A DNA stretch of 64,000 bases, taken from contig NW_026262723.1 of the NCBI RefSeq assembly GCF_021869535.1, positions 32,054,001 through 32,118,000 of the forward strand, read 5' to 3'. How positions within the stretch are numbered: position 1 is the stretch's first letter; every line of letters starts with the position of its first letter. Origin of the DNA: Mytilus californianus (Eukaryota). The position numbers and the translations under genes were made by a program. The notes below the pieces were generated by a model. That model did no database searches and had not been told where the DNA came from. It saw only the letters and a list, made by a program, of their open reading frames with translations. This document shows, in pieces, positions 52,621-64,000 of this stretch.

Positions 52621-55568
52621 ATACATAGCTGTGTGACCTGCAGGCTCCTATGACGGGCTCTGGAAAATATCGATGAGGATAAGACCTGCATGCACCTTTG
52701 GTCAGATCTATGGTGACGTGACCTGCAGGCTCATACGATGGGCTATGGTACAGATACATATCAGTGTGACCTGCAGGTAGTTACAATAGGCTAACGTTAC
52801 ATATAAACAAAAGTGTGACCTGAAGGCAATGATGGTACAGATACATTTTGGTGTGACCTGCAGGTTCCTATGATAGGATATGGAACATAAAAAAGTGGTG
52901 TGACCTACAGGCACCTATAATAAACCTGCAGGCACTATGATAGGATACGGTACATAAAAATGCGGTGTGGCCTTCAGGCACCTACGATTTTAGATGGACA
53001 TACAAAACGCTGTGTGACCTAGAGGCACTTATGATAAACCTGCAGTCACCTATGATGGAATATTGTAAATAAAAATAAGCTGTGTGACCTACGGGCACCT
53101 ATGATAGGCTGTGGTATAAATAAATAGCAGTATGACCTGCAGGCTCCTATGAAAGGCTTAGATACAGACATGTGGCAATGTGACCTGTAGGCACCTATGA
53201 TAGGCTATGGTGCAGATCTATAGTGAAGTGACCTACAAGCACCTAGGATAGGCTATTGTACAGATCTATGGTGATGCGACCTGTAGGCACCCATGATTGA
53301 CTATGGTACAGATCTATGGTAGGGTGAACTGCAGGCACCTAAGATAGACTATAAAACAGATAAATATCAGTGTGACCTGCAGGCACCTATGATAGGCTAT
53401 GACTCAGATAAAAAATTCGACCTGTAGGCACCTATAGACTATGGTACAGGCACCTATGATAGGATTTGGTACATAAATAAAGCTGTGTGACCTACAGGCA
53501 CCTTCGATAGGCTGTGGTACAAATAAATAGCAGTGTGACCTGCAGGCTCCTATGAAAGGCTTAAGTAAAGAAATATAGCGATGTGACCTGTAGGCTTCTA
53601 TGATAGACTATGGTGCAGATCTATAGTGAATGACCTACAAGTACATATGATAGACCCATGATAGACTATGGTACAGATCTGTGGTGATGTGACATGAAGG
53701 CACATATGCTAGGCTATAGTACATATAAAATATTGTATGGCCTGCAGGCACCTATGATAGACTATGGTATAGATCTATGGTAATGTAACCTGCAGGCACT
53801 TAAGAAAAACTATAGAACAGATAGATATCAGTGTGAACTGCAGGCATCTATGATAGTCTACGGTACACATAAAACGTTGTATGGCCTGCATTCACCTATA
53901 GACTATTGTATAGAAAAAACGTTGTTGGACCTGAAGGCACCTATGATAGGATTATGTGCAGATATATGGCAATGTGACCAGCAGGCACCTATAATAGGCT
54001 ATGGTACAAATAAATAGCAGTGTGACCTACAGGCACCTATGATAGGCTATGTTGCAAATAAAAAGTTGTATGATCTACCGGCACCTATGATAGGCTATAG
54101 TGCAGATCTGTAGTGAAGTGACCGACAGGCACCTATGATAGACTATGGTGCAAAATCTATGGTGATGTAACCTGCAGGCACCTATAATAGACTAAGATAC
54201 AGATGAATAGCAATGTGACCTGCAGGCACCCATGCTAGGCTATAGTGCAGATCTATGGTGGTGTGGCCTGTAGGCACCTATTATAGTCTTTGGTACAGAT
54301 AAATAAGCAATGTGACCTGCAGGTACCAATGATAGACTATAGTACAGATCAATAGTGATGTGACCTGCAGACACCTACGATGGGCTATGGTACATATAAA
54401 AAGCTGTAAGAACTGCAGGCACCCATAATAGGCTTTGATCTATGTTGATGTGACCTGTGTGCATTTATGATAGGCTATGGTACTGATAAATAGTAGTGTG
54501 ACCTGCAGGCTCTTATGATAGGCTTTGGTGTAGATCATAAGTGAAATAACCTACAGACACCTATGCTAACTGCGAGTACTCTCAGATCTGTACTTAGTGT
54601 TTTTTGTTTGTTATTCGCATGTACAAGTACCCATCCACGTCCACTTTGTGTTATGTTAGTCTGTATTTCTATTGTATCCATTTGATGAGTTAAGCCTTTT
54701 TCAACTGATTTTTAAATTTTGTTTTTATGTTCTACTGTTACACCACGGTCCCAGGTTAGGGGAGGGTTGGCGCTTTCAAACTAGTTTAACCCCGCCACAT
54801 TCTGTATGTGCCTGTCCCAATTCAGGAACCGGTAATTCAGTGGTTGTCATTTGTTGCTGTGTTACATATTTGTTTTTCGTTTATTATTTTGTACTTAAAT
54901 TAGGCCGTTAATATAGCTGACTATGTGGTATGGGCTTTGCTCATTGTTAAACACCGAAAGGGGACCTATAGTTGTTAATTTCTGTGTCATTGGGTCTATT
55001 GTGGAGAGTTGTCTCATTGGCAATCATACCACATCTTCCTTTTATATGTATGGGGCAAATCTATAGTGATGTGCCCTGCAGGCACCTACCATACAGATAT
55101 ATAAATGAACGTATGACCTGCAGGCACCTTTAATAGCATTTGGTGCAGATCTATGGAGATTTGACCTGCAGGCTCATATTATAGGCTATGTTACAGATTA
55201 TTAGCAGTGTGACCTGCAAACTCAAATGATAGGCTTTGTTACAGATCTTAAGTGATGTGATCTGCAGGCACCTATGGTACAGATATTTTTTGGTCAGACT
55301 GTGTGAACTGCAGGCACATTTGGTACAGATAAATTATGGTGTTACCTGCAGGCACCTATAATATTGTATATGATAATACGCGTAGGTATATGCAGCACTA
55401 CTTTTTTATAAGTGGTGACTGGCAGTAACCGTTCACATAAGCTTTTATCCTCGTGCCCGCTTCCCGCGCAAAAAAGTTGGGAGAATTTGATCGTTGTTAG
55501 ATTTTACCCAGAAATATCGCCTTTGAAGGGTGATAAACATATTATCTGAATTTTTGACACTGAGATAT

Positions 55569-55674
55569 TGTAAAATATCAACCCGCTCGACAGAATATAA
55601 AGCTTTGTGGCTCGTTTGCTACGCTCACTAGCCTCCAAACTTCACATTCTGGCTCACGGGATGATATTTTACTA
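55569..55674. repeat. About 105-bp imperfect palindrome
   Basis: gtaaaatatcaacccg..agaat pairs with attct..cggga.gatatttttac. Confidence 0.6.
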
Positions 55675-57119
55675 TATCTAGCTGTCAAAATCCCGATAAT
55701 ATATACATATACCCACTGGCGGGGGACACATTTAGCTACTATGTAGCAATGCCAAGTGTTAAGGCGGTGGTAACAATGTAAACGTTTTATTAACTTGATT
55801 ATCTCAGACACCTCGGACAACCATATTGGGTATGAAATGACTTGTCAGCAAGTTGCTTTTCCCATAGCCTTGACCTCATTTTCATGGTCAAGTTGTCATG
55901 TTAAGTTTTTGGATAAGTGTTTGTAAAAAAATATGTGGTATGTATATGTGTGTCATTCTGGCAATATGAGGATAAACCCAAGGGGAAAATACAAACCCAC
56001 GTACAGGGTAAATGCGTCAATGGCAGGCCGGACATCCATCAGGACAGAAAACAGGGGAAACTGACTGGGACAACGATATATCAAGTCGAGTCGACCCAGA
56101 TACAACGGTTGCTTCCCTGATGGGGAAAGGCAAAACATCCACATTATGGAATCTCGGAATGAAACCACCCTGCAATTACAGGAACAACCAGTCCACAGAT
56201 TTCGCAATGATAAGTCTGTAAACATTCCTTGCGGAAAGAATTCCGACCAATCAGAAACAAGTATTGGTCATGGAGTCATGTTTGAAAAATGAGGGAACTT
56301 TGTAGAGATTAATGGTGAGTAGTTTCAGAGGAGAAATTAAAATTTAAAAAGTTTAACGGACGGACACAAAGTGATGGCATAAGCTTAGAAATTCTTTTGG
56401 GTCAGAATAGCTAGAACGGGTTCCGGCTCTAACTGTCACGTCTAAGTAGAAAGAGTGTATATAAGCACTAACCTATCATTTCTAGGTGTTCCAGACGGAG
56501 TTTTGGCAGGCTCAAAAATGTAGATTAGGTTTTCATGTGGTTATGTGATGATTTATGTCAGTTGCTTACCGCAGGTCGGCGGTTTCCTCCGGGTACTCGG
56601 GGTTTCTGACCAATAAAACTAACCGTCATGAAATAACCAAACAAATTATGGAAAGTTATGTTGAACCCCATCAAAATAAAAAAATTGATAATGGAAAACT
56701 AGCATGACACTCTAAAATTGTGTATCAAATTCCTTCAATTAATTCAAATATCACTACCATAAAAAGATCAGAATTTTGCTTTCAACGATGGGACACCATT
56801 AATCATGGGATAACGGCGATAACAAATTGTTATGCCTCGGGCGCGGTAAGTATGTGTTATCCAGATCACAAGGAGCAGTCTACGTCATAAACTGGTGTTG
56901 GCTTGTATTCTATGACGATGGAAGTGTGGTTGTCAGCCGAGAACCAGCTTATCTACGTCATATACCTTTTCAATTTGAAGGGCAAGAAATAGGAAACTCG
57001 TGGTTTTATGATACTTATCCTTATATGACAATAACAAATAAACCCGCCTAATTCATCTCGAAATAATTTGGAGAAAACAAATTAAAAGTTTTTAATTATT
57101 GTTCAGTGTATTGTAGTAA

Positions 57120-58486
57120 TCATGGCTCCATTATGATGCGGAATATGTTTCGCAGCTCAATATACAAGTTGGTAGCAGCATATGGATCTTCTGGTTTATC
57201 CAAATGATTTTCTCTCATAACAATACAAGCGAGATCAAAAACATTTTGTCACAAATATCTTCAGGAAATAAACATTCCTCCAGACAAGCCTCAACATCCT
57301 CTGGTCGAACAGGACATAGGAAATTAAGGGTGTCTTTATTTCTCGGACAGTTGTAGAGTATTACTGCACGGCCATGTACAGTCCCTTCGTACTTACACGG
57401 TCGGATTTTGTGATGGTTCCAAGTATCTACGACATTCTGGAATTCCCTCTATAAAATAAAAAATTACAAATCTAATTATAACATTTTTAAATTTTAGAGA
57501 CAATCAATTTCGGTTATTTAAACGGATTGAAAAATTACATTCATAGATACATTTTCCATTTTGTGTAATAATACATGTACTCAGTAGGATATGTAATGGT
57601 TAGTTGTCCATTGAACAGCAAATAGAACATTAAAGATAGTAATGGTACATAGTATATGTTTATCATACCTTCAAAAGTTTCATGAAACAAAACTGGAGAA
57701 GATTTTTGTCGATGAAATCCCCGGTATAAAATCCATCCTTCTTGAAAGTTTAAAACAGTGAGATCCAGAAATCCGTATTTTCTCTTCTAAGTACACTCCA
57801 CCAACTTTCTATACGCTGGTTGTGTTGGCTAGTACCATATATGAATGTATTCCTATGATCATTTCGATGGAAAAACGTTTGCATCTGAACTGTGTGTGTG
57901 TTTTCTGTCCCTAAGTCACCGCGCATTCTCAACGGTACGCCATATTTCTTATAACAGCTTTTATATAATATCCGGCAATTACCCGAGGGTCGCTTCTTGT
58001 TCTGTTAACATATAGCCATACAATAAATCTGGAGTAACCGTCAATGCATCCATTAATGCAAAATCCGAAAGGCTTCAGTTTATCGTAAGAATCTAGATGC
58101 CATATAAAGTTTGGCCCTTGACCATTATATTCCCGTCTCTTAAGTTTTCGCTTCAATCTGTTATTAACACTACCAGGATTTAAAGCACGCATTAAAAGTC
58201 GCACTGTTTCTTTTCTTACGGTCAGTCCACTGTGCAAACATTTTAGGTGCATCCAGCGGTATCCATTCAGCTGTCCGGACTCTTGTACTTGTTCATGAAT
58301 AAACATGGCTACGTCTAGTAGATCAGAGTAATTTTTCCTTCTGTATAATCCAAAGCTAGACAACAGCCTTTTTAGGTGACACAAAGAAATGCCAATCCTG
58401 TGTTTTTCATTAAGGATTTGTAATAGTTCCTTGTAATTAAGTCCAAGGTGAAAATACACAAAAATAAATTGATCCCTTTCTTGCAT
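57120..58486 (-). pseudogene. IS3/IS481-like (integrase-core) DDE transposase; two exons 58486-57669 and 57448-57120
   Basis: GPNFIWHLDSYDKLKPFGFCINGCIDGYSR, RGDLGTEN, HNQRIESWW, WNHHKIR. GT/AG intron 57668-57449. Frameshifts near 57948 and 57245 and a TAA near 57750. Confidence 0.88.
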
Positions 58487-58519
58487 CCTTATTTGCAACA
58501 CGCTATAAAACACGATTTT

Positions 58520-58855
58520 ACATTTCTAGCGATAGACTTTACATCTCCAGCGCTTGACTTTACTTCTTCAGTGCTACACTTTATATCTTCAGCGCTAGAC
58601 TTTACATCTTCAGCGCTGGACTTTACATCTCCAGCGCTGGACTTTACATCCCCAGCGCTAGACTTTACATCTTCAGCGCTTGACTTTACATCTCCAGCGC
58701 TAGACTTTAGATCTCCAGTGCTGGACTTTACACCTCCAGCGCTAGACTTTACATCTTCAGCGCAGGACTTTTCATCTCCAGCGCTAGACTTTACATCTCT
58801 AGCGCTTGACTTTACATCTCCAGCGCTAGACTTTACACATCTTCAGCGCAGGACT
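58520..58855 (-). repeat. 21-bp tandem array inside the right TIR, inverted relative to the left array
   Basis: About 16 units of gctagactttacatctccagc. Confidence 0.95.
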
Positions 58856-58900
58856 TTAAAAGACACTTTATAATCTGTGTGAGACCAACAGGACTCCGTA

Positions 58901-60300
58901 GAGATCTGATTGTTTTGACCCATTCTGACAAAGTGTCCAGTTCAACTTCTTCTCGTTTAGCCCATGCTCTTGCGTAGTCCTCAATGGAATTCATAATTAT
59001 TTTGAAGTTATGGTTCCAATTGATATGTTGGGGTTCTCTAAACTTAGGACCATGAGAAATCACCTTTCGGAGATTTTCATGTTGAAATATGTCCGGGTGC
59101 GGGAATTTCTCGCTGCATTGAAGACCTGTTGGTGACCATCTGCTGTTGTCTGTTCTATGGTCGGGTTGTTGTCTCTTTGACACATTCCCCATTTCCATTC
59201 TCAATTTTATTAGATCCCCAGTAATAACATGACCAGAGGGGCTGTAATTAAAAGGCGAGTGGGAACAGTCACATGTCAGAGGGTTTTTAGGTATTGTTCT
59301 AAATCAAGGTCCTGCAATGCTTGTTTATAGTTAAATACTTTGGGTGCAATGGTTTTGGTGTAACTGTAGGATACAATAGGAACAGACAGATTTTGAAAAT
59401 AAAAAGGAATTTTAGATGTTACCTTCTTGTGATGTAGAACGTTGCAGATGTTGATTGCATCAATTCCTCTATTGGTAAAGTGAACAGGAAGGAGATTTCC
59501 TCTTTTCTTCATGTAAAGGTTCCGATCTTATTGGTTTGAAAAGACGGAAAAGAGTTACATCACAAATTATACTGACAAATCTGTATATTGGAGAAAATGT
59601 ATTGATGCATCCCTTGTCAAGAGCATAATCTCTCAAACATTTAAGAAAATGAACAGGCAGTGAAAAAAAGAATAGTTCTAATGTAATGTAACCCTAGCTA
59701 GCGAATGATGAAGATGTGAAAGAAGGTCATCAAAGCTCCCAGAGGGCGATCTAGATTTGGAAGACTTTTTTACATTAGGCCGATGGTAATGTTTTTGCCC
59801 ATGACTACGTTATTGTCGTAAGGTAGTATTAAATAGACTCATTACATTAACATCACTGAAGGCTGGACTTGACAAATTTCCTACTCCTTTGACATTATCA
59901 TTGCAACCATATGGCATTGCAGTATATACCTAATTCCCTTATCCAGAAATTTTCTCTATCTTTTCGGAAAGGAGTACTGAGTACAGGGCTATCGTGATTA
60001 ACATATTACATGTCTTACACGTGCTCCTTCTTCCTTTTTTATGTTTACAAGATGAAATGAAAGGTGTTGATTCACTTGTAGCAGGTGTCTTTAAACAGTC
60101 TAAAATATTAACGCAACATGGCTTTAAATTATGAAAAGTATCTGAATTTTTAAAATAGTAATTACCTTCTGGCTGAACATACGTCAAATCAAGGGTATCC
60201 CGGTGGAACACACAAATCAAATGCTACAGTGTTCCGTGCAGCAAAAGAGGACCTTTGTAACCCGGGCGACGTCCCAGCCGGTTTGTTCTTTGTATTATTT
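58901..60300 (-). mobile_element. Same Penelope-like element, 5' half (remnant N-terminal GIY-YIG region and pre-RT region; Naiad/Chlamys-type domain order)
   Basis: CKTC, RENFWIRELG..PYGCND, NRGIDAIN, GHVITGDL, GPKFREP, EWVKTIRS. Joins in frame to the 3' half when the insertion and one TSD copy are removed. The 5' boundary is uncertain. Confidence 0.85.
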
Positions 60301-62820
60301 GTTTTCATCATGCATAAAGCTACCAAGTTAATGATGCCCTCGGGATATGCATTAGGTATGTTCTGCATAATCGAAAAACGAGCCGACATTTTGTCCAGAT
60401 TTTCTATCTATTTAAGGTATTGTATTTAATGTCCCCTTTTCACCAAGTCGTGACAGCGTACGCAAGCTATGATGAGTAAGTTCACGAAGGATTAAAATTG
60501 GCCCTAAGATTAAGATGTTTTTCAAGCCAGGCTAAAATACTTCAAATTTCACATTTTCAACATTTAGGATCGTAGGTTGCGGCCAATGGTTTCCTCAAGC
60601 TGTTAGGTCCGAAAAATGCACAAAATCATCGTGTTTTGACAATTTTGACTATGTACAGGAATTTTCCGGAAAAATGGTGGGTTAAACCTTGTTTTATAGC
60701 TAACTTAACCTCCTACTTATATGTCAGTTGTTTATAGTTCCGTTATATTGACAAAATTGATTGAGCAACCCAAACAAACACAACTGAAAAATGTAACAAT
60801 AATTAGGTCTAAGAATCCAGCAGCAAATACTGTGTTAACATACGTCACAGACATACAACACAACTGACGTTCTTTTCTTAAAAAAGTATCTTTTTGTTTG
60901 ATATACCTCAAACAAATCATGACATCTTTATAAAGGAAAGTAAAATTAAAGGCTGGTCGAACATTTTCTTGTCTTTCAAGGTTTAAGGCTCTTAACATAT
61001 TATAGATCAATATCACAGGTTAGACTCTTCGTTACAAAAGAATATCTTTAAAATCTTTCACTTTGAAAGCTTTTCCATCATAATATTTTCTAAAGAGGCA
61101 TACGGTTGCATAAATTGTGATCACGCGGTGACATTTTGAATTATAGCAATCCTTCCCTATGCAGTCCATACATTTTCCCTTTATTTAATTGAAAACTTTA
61201 TCACTAACTGTATATCATATCTATTAAAACAAATGTTTATTTCAAACAGGCAACAGCTGCTTAACATTGTCTATAAACTGATTGATAAAAGTTTCCTTGA
61301 CTAGTCATTTGAAACGGATTAACAATGTATCATGTATCCATGTTGGCAAACAGGAAGATCTACGAATGTCAACACGTGACAGGTAAAAATAGATGGTACT
61401 TAACGGCCATATGTATATACGTGTATTTTTTAATTGTTATTGTTTCATTTTCCGTTTTATAGATAACATATGATTAGAAATAAGCAATAACGACTGAACA
61501 AATATCTAATATTTATAGTGTAAACGATTAAAATATATCAATAAACCATAATTATTTGTTATTCAGATAAAAGTAAAACCCAAGTACAGTAATATACAAG
61601 TTTTTTCAACTACATGTATAAGATTAACTGTATAGGGTAAAATTAGTATGATAAATTGTTGAAGTTTGTCTGATACGTTTTATATCCTAGTGAACCTTCA
61701 AGCGCTTTGCCTGAACTCAATAGTTAAATTAAACTCGATAAGGTTTCAACTCCTTCAGGCAAACTTGTTTACATTAACAGGAAAAATGTGAAAAATCAAT
61801 TGAGAAAACTAACGTTCTTACAAAACAATTTACAAAAAAATATATAAAAATGACAGACGTCAATCAACGACTGTACTACAGGCTCCCAACTTGGGACAGG
61901 CACATATAGAATGTGGTGGGGGTCATCCCTCCCCTAACATGGGATGGTAATGTGTCTGCCCACTTAAAATCAAACTGTAAACATCAATTGCAATTAGCTT
62001 AACTCAAAATATCGATAAGAGGAACAAAGTTTGTGCATCGTACCATTCTGATGAGAAACGCAATTTCCAACGTATTTGAACAGTTTATCTCTATATGAGG
62101 GGTGGAAAGGGGGTACCTTTCTCCTTTCTCCCGTCCCTTCTCTCCTTTCTCCCTCCCCTCTGCTTCCATCTCCCACCTTAACAACCGTCTTTGTTCAGAT
62201 CAATCGATTTTAATACAAATTTGAATTAATATATGACCATATATAGGTGGCATATGTCTTTATTAAAGCATATAATGATTTTACGAACAAGGCCTGCCTC
62301 CGACTCGTACGCAAATTAATACACATTGTTGGAATGTTGTCAATGGTGCATTGTGCATCCCCCATGTCAAGAAACTCATTTTTGATATGTATGGTCATGT
62401 ATGAGGATCATGAAATTAGACATAGTTTTTTATTGTGTCATCTCTATTTTTCCCTGTCCTCGAGAACACCTTACTTTGTATGGTCAAGTGGATAACGTAA
62501 ATATTTTAAGGTGACCTGGAAAACGCGTTAAGTACATGTTATATTGTCTAGAGGATGGAGTGTATCTCTCTGACATTGTCAGCATCCCTTCTTTTTAAAT
62601 TTGTAGAAGATCGCCAAATACTTAGAGGAAACAGATACCCACATGTGAAGGCATAAGACAAGAAAAATAATGAACCTGTGTACATATATCTGGCCTTAAA
62701 TATTTGTCTAAGTTTTGCTATAAAATATAATATAATATGTACAGAATTAATAGAGATCCGTCAAGTGTCTTGGTTTTTTAACAGTTCTCCCACGTCTCGT
62801 CCTTTCACAGCTCAGTACAG

Positions 62821-64000
62821 TCAGTACAATTTCCTTTTCCTCAAACGTCTCGCTAACTTTTCATTGATCGTCATTGTATCAGTCTGAAGAGAGCTGGTCA
62901 GCCTATTGTAAATCTCCTCAACTAATGTATATACAACCTGACCAGGTAACAAAGGGGGTATTACACTTTCTAATATACAATTAGGTGGTATATCTCTTTG
63001 CATGTCTTTATGAAATTCAAGGCCATCATTCTCTTTATACAGAATCGCTTTGCACACTTTGTCAGTTTCAAAAACACGTTCAGTGAGACTTCCGAGAGAC
63101 AACTGGTCATCCAACATGACCGCCACCAAATCATTTTCATCATAAATAGAGTCTAACACTGGTCCGGCGGGTTCATTTGAACTTTGCAATTGATCAATTG
63201 TGCGTGGTTCTGTAAGTGACGGTTTTCAGCTGTTTCGTTGATTCTAATGTCGGTAACAGACAGATCTATCGATGCATATTTAGGTGGGATATTGTTTTGG
63301 TACATGTTGAGAGGCAGCGTACCTGCATCAAACTTCGTTATATCGGCTCTTACGCTTCGATGTCGTACTCCTTTTCCATATCTCTCCCTATATTCAAACA
63401 TTGGCGGCCTTCGGCTGTTGTCTGTTCTATGGTCGGGTTGTTATCTCTTTGACACATTCCCCATTTCCATTCTTAATTTTAATAGTTTCACGTCTTCTTT
63501 AGAGACACTGGACGGCTTGTCACGTTGAAACTTTGGAAACTTTTCAAGGGATAGATACTATTTTGGACTCTCATACCCTGACGTTTTCTTTGATGTGAAA
63601 TAATGATATCCACAAAGCGATACTCTCTTAACACACTCAACAAGACCTCTGAGAAAATCCCTTACACAGTCACGAACTGATGGTTTTTCTGTTTTTAACC
63701 GCAACATACTGTGCAATTGTTCATTAACTATTGTAAGAGCTGAATTAATATCAAATCTCTCCAAGTATTTTGATTCTATACCAGTAATTTGCTGGGAAAG
63801 AGACTCCAACATTGTTCGAAGCATATGAACTGACTGTATTGTTTTAGAGGCTGGTACGCCATGAGGTCCTTGCAAGCAGTTAATTTTCAAATGTAAAAGT
63901 GTCTTGACCTCAGATGTGCAGTTTTCAAAGAAACTTTCAACGTCTTTCAACTTAGAAATTGACATCCTGATATCATCGCTATGACCACTTCCCAATATTT
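62821..64000 (-). pseudogene. Disrupted intronless ORF of unrecognised family (possibly transposon-encoded), running off the window end
   Basis: QGPHG...LTIVNEQLHSMLR...RDF...ECVKR...YFTS, then TAG at 63558-63560, YLSLEKFPK..., a repeat insertion at 63399-63482, GKGVRHRSVR...KFDAGTLPLNMY, and a frameshift into DENDLVAV.... Confidence 0.65.

Larger units (their letters stand above)
50225..55370 (-). repeat. About 47-bp satellite, right arm, inverted relative to the left arm (gtgacctgcaggcacctatgataggctatggtacag...), interrupted by three insertions
   Basis: Reverse complement of the left unit. Breaks at 50344-52620 and about 54560-55045. Confidence 0.9.
37427..55456. mobile_element. Mutator-like foldback/compound element, 18 kb, non-autonomous
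   Basis: About 43-bp TIRs GCACGAGGATAAAAGCTTATGTGAA(G/C)GGTTACTGCCAGTCACC at 37427 and, inverted, ending at 55456. Perfect 9-bp TSD ccgcttccc (37418-37426, 55457-55465). A third TIR copy starts at 46122. Confidence 0.85.
33825..58900 (-). mobile_element. IS3EU-type DNA transposon, 25 kb including nested insertions
   Basis: Ends TACGGAG...CTCCGTA. TSD gagacc (33819-33824) / gagatc (58901-58906). TIRs 33825-34494 and 58445-58900. Integrase-like DDE transposase at 57120-58486. Confidence 0.85.

Noticed and set aside
49402-55370. CRISPR-like appearance of the regular repeats
   Set aside because: Units abut with no unique spacers, there are no cas genes, and the context is eukaryotic.
33825-58900. 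Polinton/Maverick (25 kb, long TIRs, 6-bp TSD)
   Set aside because: No polymerase B, ATPase, protease or capsid remnants seen. The size comes from an 18-kb nested insertion.

Overview
AT-rich, intron-containing animal DNA, most likely a mussel (Mytilus-like bivalve). That assignment is inferred from the repeat families and hammerhead retrozymes and was not verified. The left half (1-31.6 kb) holds two immune-type genes on the + strand, reconstructed by hand with consistent splice phases. The first is the 3' end of a RIG-I-like receptor (helicase 2i/2 plus C-terminal domain) with an in-frame TAA and atypical motifs. The second is a type I membrane protein in which a WSC-like domain appears to be inserted inside a C-type-lectin-like fold; it has one +1 frameshift. 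Their introns carry a tandem hammerhead retrozyme, a long diverged inverted repeat, SINEs, MITEs and Helentron-like elements. The right half (31.7-60.3 kb) is one five-level nest of mobile elements. A Penelope-like retroelement with an N-terminal GIY-YIG is split mid-codon by a 25-kb IS3EU-type DNA transposon (TAC..GTA ends, 6-bp TSD). That transposon contains an 18-kb Mutator-like foldback unit with a perfect 9-bp TSD, three TIR copies, a 3.3-kb internal duplication and about 5.4 kb of unrelated cargo. Its satellite arm contains a retrozyme, which is itself split by a hAT derivative. The window ends in a disrupted ORF of unrecognised family. Family names come from motif recognition only, and identity values are by-eye estimates.
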